Below, in pieces: positions 59,779 through 64,000 of a DNA stretch of 64,000 nucleotides. The stretch is from a virus. Its lineage: Duplodnaviria; Caudoviricetes. The notes under the pieces are model-generated. The model did no database searches and had not been told where the DNA came from. It worked only from the letters and a program-made list of their open reading frames with translations. The position numbers and the translations under genes are program-made. Every line of letters begins with the position of its first letter. The stretch's first letter is position 1. Where the stretch lies: positions 160,001 through 224,000 of IMG/VR virus record IMGVR_UViG_3300031867_000001. One strand, given 5' to 3'.

Positions 59779-60876
59779 TTATACCCACTTAAACTCTTTA
59801 TGGCTATTGCCATTAGAATCCTTCTTATCCGTGATAGAAGCTTTCTTACGTTTCATGAAAGCGGGTCTCTTAGAACGATTCATGCCGCTGGAGATACCAC
59901 CAACATCTGCATATGTTGCTTCAACGTCTTTGATCTCGGGACGAGGTAATCCAGCAATGATAACAGTTGCTTCACAAACACCATTATTGTCACACTGTTC
60001 GATATGTCTATACTCATCGTACGTTCTTTTGATACGAGAGCGAACTTCATCAAATACGCCCTTGAAATCATTCGAAGCGAAGATGGATCTGAGTGAGAAT
60101 GCAGACATGAAGGTGTACTTCTTTGCATCATCTTCAGTCCATGACGGTTGGAAACCTGTGAACATCTTGGTTGTGATTTCACGAGTAAGTTTCGGAATGT
60201 CTGGAGCTGCAGCAGTAATTGCGACAAATCTGCCAGGAGTACTGAGAATGACGTCCAAGTCTTGATCATCAATGGAATCCAATGATGTATCATGATAACG
60301 TTTACCAAAGATGATTTCAATCAAATCAGCAACTTCATTATTGATTGGACCATAATTGGAATCACCTGCACGATTGCGGAATACGTTATATGTCTCCACA
60401 CCAACTTCATCCAGTTCAATGAACAAGTCATTTGTATTCAGATGATATGCATCTGGATCGTCCATGCTGGGGCATACAATGATCGGAATCACGTGAATTC
60501 CAAGTTCAATCAGTGAACGACACAGCGGTACAATGGAACCACTTCCAGTACCACCAGCCGCAGATGAAATCACAACAACTGGACTCTTGGCACTTTCAGC
60601 AGCTGCATACATCTCATCAAATGCACCTTGATCTTCATGATACTTGAACATTGCAGCACCACGTTCACGATCACGACCACTGCCGCTGTTCTCATCAGAA
60701 ATGATCGGAATGAACTTCACATTCGAGTTGATGTTGTCCAGTGTAACGCCAGAAACAACAGAGTCAATTGCAAACATCTTTGTTCCATTGGAACTGGATC
60801 TACTTGCAAAAGTTCTTAAGATCTGGCATCCAGCGTTACCTGCTGAAATCACAACATGTGAGCTTTTGTTTTCCAT
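59779..60876 (-). CDS. tubulin/FtsZ-family GTPase (PhuZ/TubZ-like)
   Basis: SAGNAGCQI, GSGRDRERG, SAAGGTGSG tubulin signature, T7-like SIDDQD and a basic C-tail. Confidence 0.88.
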   Translation of the reverse strand: MENKSSHVVISAGNAGCQILRTFASRSSSNGTKMFAIDSVVSGVTLDNINSNVKFIPIISDENSGSGRDRERGAAMFKYHEDQGAFDEMYAAAESAKSPVVVISSAAGGTGSGSIVPLCRSLIELGIHVIPIIVCPSMDDPDAYHLNTNDLFIELDEVGVETYNVFRNRAGDSNYGPINNEVADLIEIIFGKRYHDTSLDSIDDQDLDVILSTPGRFVAITAAAPDIPKLTREITTKMFTGFQPSWTEDDAKKYTFMSAFSLRSIFASNDFKGVFDEVRSRIKRTYDEYRHIEQCDNNGVCEATVIIAGLPRPEIKDVEATYADVGGISSGMNRSKRPAFMKRKKASITDKKDSNGNSHKEFKWV

Positions 60877-60956
60877 TTGTAAACACCTCTCTTAATGATT
60901 TTATGAAATACACAACGAAGGGGGTTTGTGAAACCCCCTTCATCGTATATCACATA

Positions 60957-61667
60957 TCAGAACTTTTTCGCATCACCCTTGATACTCTGCTTCACCATAG
61001 AACCAGGTGTCAGAATGATCTGTTCACCATCATAAACATCAATTGTGAAGATGTTATACATATTCACTTCGCATTTGTTTTCGATGGCGATCTGTACACC
61101 GGCAGCATACATTGCAGCAATGACAATGAATACAGTCGGTGCAACAATCATGTCAATACCATAATCCGTAATCAACTTCGAGAATACAGCGTTCTCAATC
61201 TCGGATAATGTTTCTGTCAGATTCTCAGTTCTCCAAGCATTATACTTCTGCAGAAGTGTATTCTTGAACGAAGAACCAGGGATGTCATTATGTTCGCGAA
61301 TACGGAACATCGGGATTCTCTTGTGGATCAACTGCGGAACGATGTTGCTGTTCTTCTCATTCTCAGAATGCTCGGTCTTATATTCCATGGAAACACCACA
61401 GATATCAACCGAGAATTCCGGAACCTTCTGGCTTGCAACAAAGCTGAGGATCTTCTCCCAGGTCTCAACAAATACGATCGGGAGCTGTCTCGGATTTGTG
61501 ATCTTGAACTGGAACTCATTCCAAATGAGATTGGTTGCGACCTCAGGAATGTCCGTAATCAGCATGGGATCACGAGTGAATCCTTTCATCTCCAGATAAT
61601 TATTCTGGATATTGGCGAAATATTTCGCCATCTCTTCGGGGTTGTTTGCGTTTGGTACATTGCTCAT
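60957..61667 (-). CDS. hypothetical protein
   Basis: 236-aa ORF with AAAGGAAG RBS; palindrome at 60915-60946 downstream. Confidence 0.75.
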   Translation of the reverse strand: MSNVPNANNPEEMAKYFANIQNNYLEMKGFTRDPMLITDIPEVATNLIWNEFQFKITNPRQLPIVFVETWEKILSFVASQKVPEFSVDICGVSMEYKTEHSENEKNSNIVPQLIHKRIPMFRIREHNDIPGSSFKNTLLQKYNAWRTENLTETLSEIENAVFSKLITDYGIDMIVAPTVFIVIAAMYAAGVQIAIENKCEVNMYNIFTIDVYDGEQIILTPGSMVKQSIKGDAKKF

Positions 61668-61816
61668 GGTTAACTCTTCCTTTCTACTTTACCATTATAT
61701 GGTGAACTAATCCATACAGTATCCCGTATAGACCATTCAAAAAATATAATTATACAAAATAAAAATTTTGCATGATTATATCATTATCATGTACATAAAA
61801 CGATGGAGGTTTTAAT

Positions 61817-64000
61817 ATGAAAATTATGTATTTGAAATTAGTTAACTTTGCTGATATTTATGCAGCAATGCATTTGACAGAAATTGAGTTTGATTTTAAA
61901 GACATCGACAAACCCATTATTCAGATATATGGAAAGAATCGATCTGGTAAAACCGTATTGATTCAGAAGTTACATCCATTCTCATCCATCAATTTAAACG
62001 GTGATGACAGAAATGATGTTCCGTTAATCATACAATCAGAAACGGGTATGAAGCAAATTGTATATGAGATGAATGGTGACATATATCAATTTACGCACAC
62101 ATATAAACCGAATGCACATGGACATACCGTATCATCATCATTTATCAAGAATGGAGAAGAATTGAATGCAGCGGGTGGTGTAAACACGTTCAATCAATTG
62201 GTCGAACATGAATTCGGTATCAATAGGTACATATTTCAATTTGTAATTAATGGAACACAATTGACATCATTCGCGGGATTGAATCAAACACAACGTAAGA
62301 ATCTACTCAACAAAGCAATGGGTATAGATATTTATGATAAGATTCATAAGTTATCCACAGAGGATTATCGATACACATCCAAATTGATTACTTCATTAAA
62401 CAATTCCATTGAATACTTATTGCAGAATTATGGATCAATTGAAACGTTGAAAGTTGTATTAGATCAAACCCAAAAGAATTATGATACATTGACGGATAAT
62501 ATGTCGAATATCAAATCCAAGATTGATCAACACACGGGAGTGATTCATTCTTTACAGTCTCAAAATATTGAACAGTCATTGTTTGAAATCAATCAAAAGA
62601 TGACACAATACAATTCAACCGTTCAATCCATTGGTACATTCAATGAGAATGTGTATGATGATTTGGTCAATGAACAAATCAAGTTGAATCAACGTTTGAA
62701 TGAATTGAACACAAATCGTTTGGTAATGTTAAAAGACCAAGATGCATTGTTTGAAAAACGCAATTCTATCAACGATGAGATTCAATCCAATCAAAGATCC
62801 ATTGAAGAATATAACAATCTGAAATCAATGCAAACGGAATTAACAAACAAAATCACATCCATTCAAATTGACTATGACATTGAATCCACATCATCTACGA
62901 TCTTATCCACAATGTCACTTGCACAAGCAATCAATGACACTGCTCGTGAAATATCCATTTCCTTGAATCAACAGCATTTGAATCTGTTCTGTGATATGAT
63001 TCTGAATCATGTTGATATATCCGGATTCTTGATTAAAGAAGGATCTGTGTTGATGGATTCTGAAAAAGAGAAAACCGTCATAACCAGAATCCGATCCATG
63101 TTGTCAACTGTACCGGGTGATGATATTAAATGTGGACATACAACGGACTGTTTATATCGAAATACATTTGACAAGTTATCCCAGTATTTTGTATCATATG
63201 AATCCGTCACAGATGGTACATTTACACAATATGATTTAGAGCAGTTTGAACATGCTCACAAGAATTACCAAACTATTACACGTTTAATCCGTTCACAAGT
63301 ACCACCTGAATTATCATATGATTTCTCAATCGAGTCTATCATCACAAATATCAAGAATCACAAAGAACCAGTCAATGTTGAACATATCAAAGAATTGGCA
63401 ACAATCGCATCCAATATCGAATTACGAAACCAATACATCAAACAGCTCCATGATGTTGAACAATATTTATCACACATGAATGCTGTTAAGACAAATATCT
63501 CATCTGATCCGAATGAACGCTTACAAGCCATCTTAAACAAGATCCAAACTATACAATCCAATGTTGCATCCATCAATACGGAGATGGAATCATTACGTGC
63601 ATCCATTGATCAAAATGAACAAACGCGACTTCGTTTATCTTCCATTAAGAATATTGACATTAAGGATTTGACAAAACGTCATAAACAGCTATCCAAACAA
63701 TATGAACAATTAACAGCGTCCAAACAAATGTTATCCGATTTATCCACACAATATCAATCATTACAATCCCAACATATCCAAGTTCAACAGAAGCTCAAAT
63801 CCTTACAAGATGCATATCAACAATATCTGAATACAATGGAAGAGATTACGAAACATACTGTGTTGGATAATAAGTATAAGATCATTTCAGAAGCAACTTC
63901 ATCCACCAAAGGAAAGCCAGTATATGCAATAAAAGATACAATGCATCAAGCATTACAAATATCCAATCGATTGTTGAATGTGATGTATGATGGTGAGATT
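61817..64000 (+). CDS. SbcC/Rad50-like SMC ATPase (3'-truncated by window edge; missing from ORF track)
   Basis: GGAGG RBS; MKIMYLKLVNF..IQIYGKNRSGKT Walker A; long coiled coil with a central Cys pair (KCGHTTDC). Confidence 0.88.
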   Translation, partial: MKIMYLKLVNFADIYAAMHLTEIEFDFKDIDKPIIQIYGKNRSGKTVLIQKLHPFSSINLNGDDRNDVPLIIQSETGMKQIVYEMNGDIYQFTHTYKPNAHGHTVSSSFIKNGEELNAAGGVNTFNQLVEHEFGINRYIFQFVINGTQLTSFAGLNQTQRKNLLNKAMGIDIYDKIHKLSTEDYRYTSKLITSLNNSIEYLLQNYGSIETLKVVLDQTQKNYDTLTDNMSNIKSKIDQHTGVIHSLQSQNIEQSLFEINQKMTQYNSTVQSIGTFNENVYDDLVNEQIKLNQRLNELNTNRLVMLKDQDALFEKRNSINDEIQSNQRSIEEYNNLKSMQTELTNKITSIQIDYDIESTSSTILSTMSLAQAINDTAREISISLNQQHLNLFCDMILNHVDISGFLIKEGSVLMDSEKEKTVITRIRSMLSTVPGDDIKCGHTTDCLYRNTFDKLSQYFVSYESVTDGTFTQYDLEQFEHAHKNYQTITRLIRSQVPPELSYDFSIESIITNIKNHKEPVNVEHIKELATIASNIELRNQYIKQLHDVEQYLSHMNAVKTNISSDPNERLQAILNKIQTIQSNVASINTEMESLRASIDQNEQTRLRLSSIKNIDIKDLTKRHKQLSKQYEQLTASKQMLSDLSTQYQSLQSQHIQVQQKLKSLQDAYQQYLNTMEEITKHTVLDNKYKIISEATSSTKGKPVYAIKDTMHQALQISNRLLNVMYDGEI

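Noticed and set aside
1-64000. tRNA/rRNA genes, CRISPR arrays, introns or inteins in the RNAP, topoisomerase and terminase genes
   Set aside because: None recognised by eye, and the genes are continuous with expected lengths. tRNAscan-SE/Infernal would be needed to exclude them.

Overview
This window is a 64-kb, AT-rich segment of a jumbo myovirus of the phiKZ/AR9(PBS1)-like supergroup. The host is probably a Firmicute (Clostridia-like), inferred from the AAGGAGG RBSs, a Gram-positive-type holin, a 3D-domain wall hydrolase and glycine-rich tail proteins. It encodes four pieces of split multisubunit RNA polymerases (two beta'-C, one beta'-N with DYDGD, one beta-C), separated type IIA topoisomerase A and B subunits, a truncated PolB (exonuclease plus motif A) and a small stand-alone palm-like protein. 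It also encodes two SF2 helicases, SbcC/Rad50 (running off the end), a tubulin/FtsZ-family GTPase, a BCS1-like AAA ATPase, terminase, portal, tail sheath/tube and baseplate proteins. The most unexpected signals are non-coding or tiny. (1) Two copies of a structured leader module: identical promoter, long closing stem, identical hairpin+RBS, a conserved micropeptide ending YIP(D/N)T(T/D)GSIIICE, a hairpin over the stop codon and a third hairpin. They sit in front of a membrane-protein gene and the AAA ATPase operon. (2) A repeated H-type pseudoknot + CCCTCAAACGAGGG hairpin + RBS cassette between GC-richer putative early genes. (3) Several candidate sRNAs, candidate early and late promoter motifs, and a candidate origin. 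All functional calls come from motif recognition by eye; no database searches or folding programs were run.
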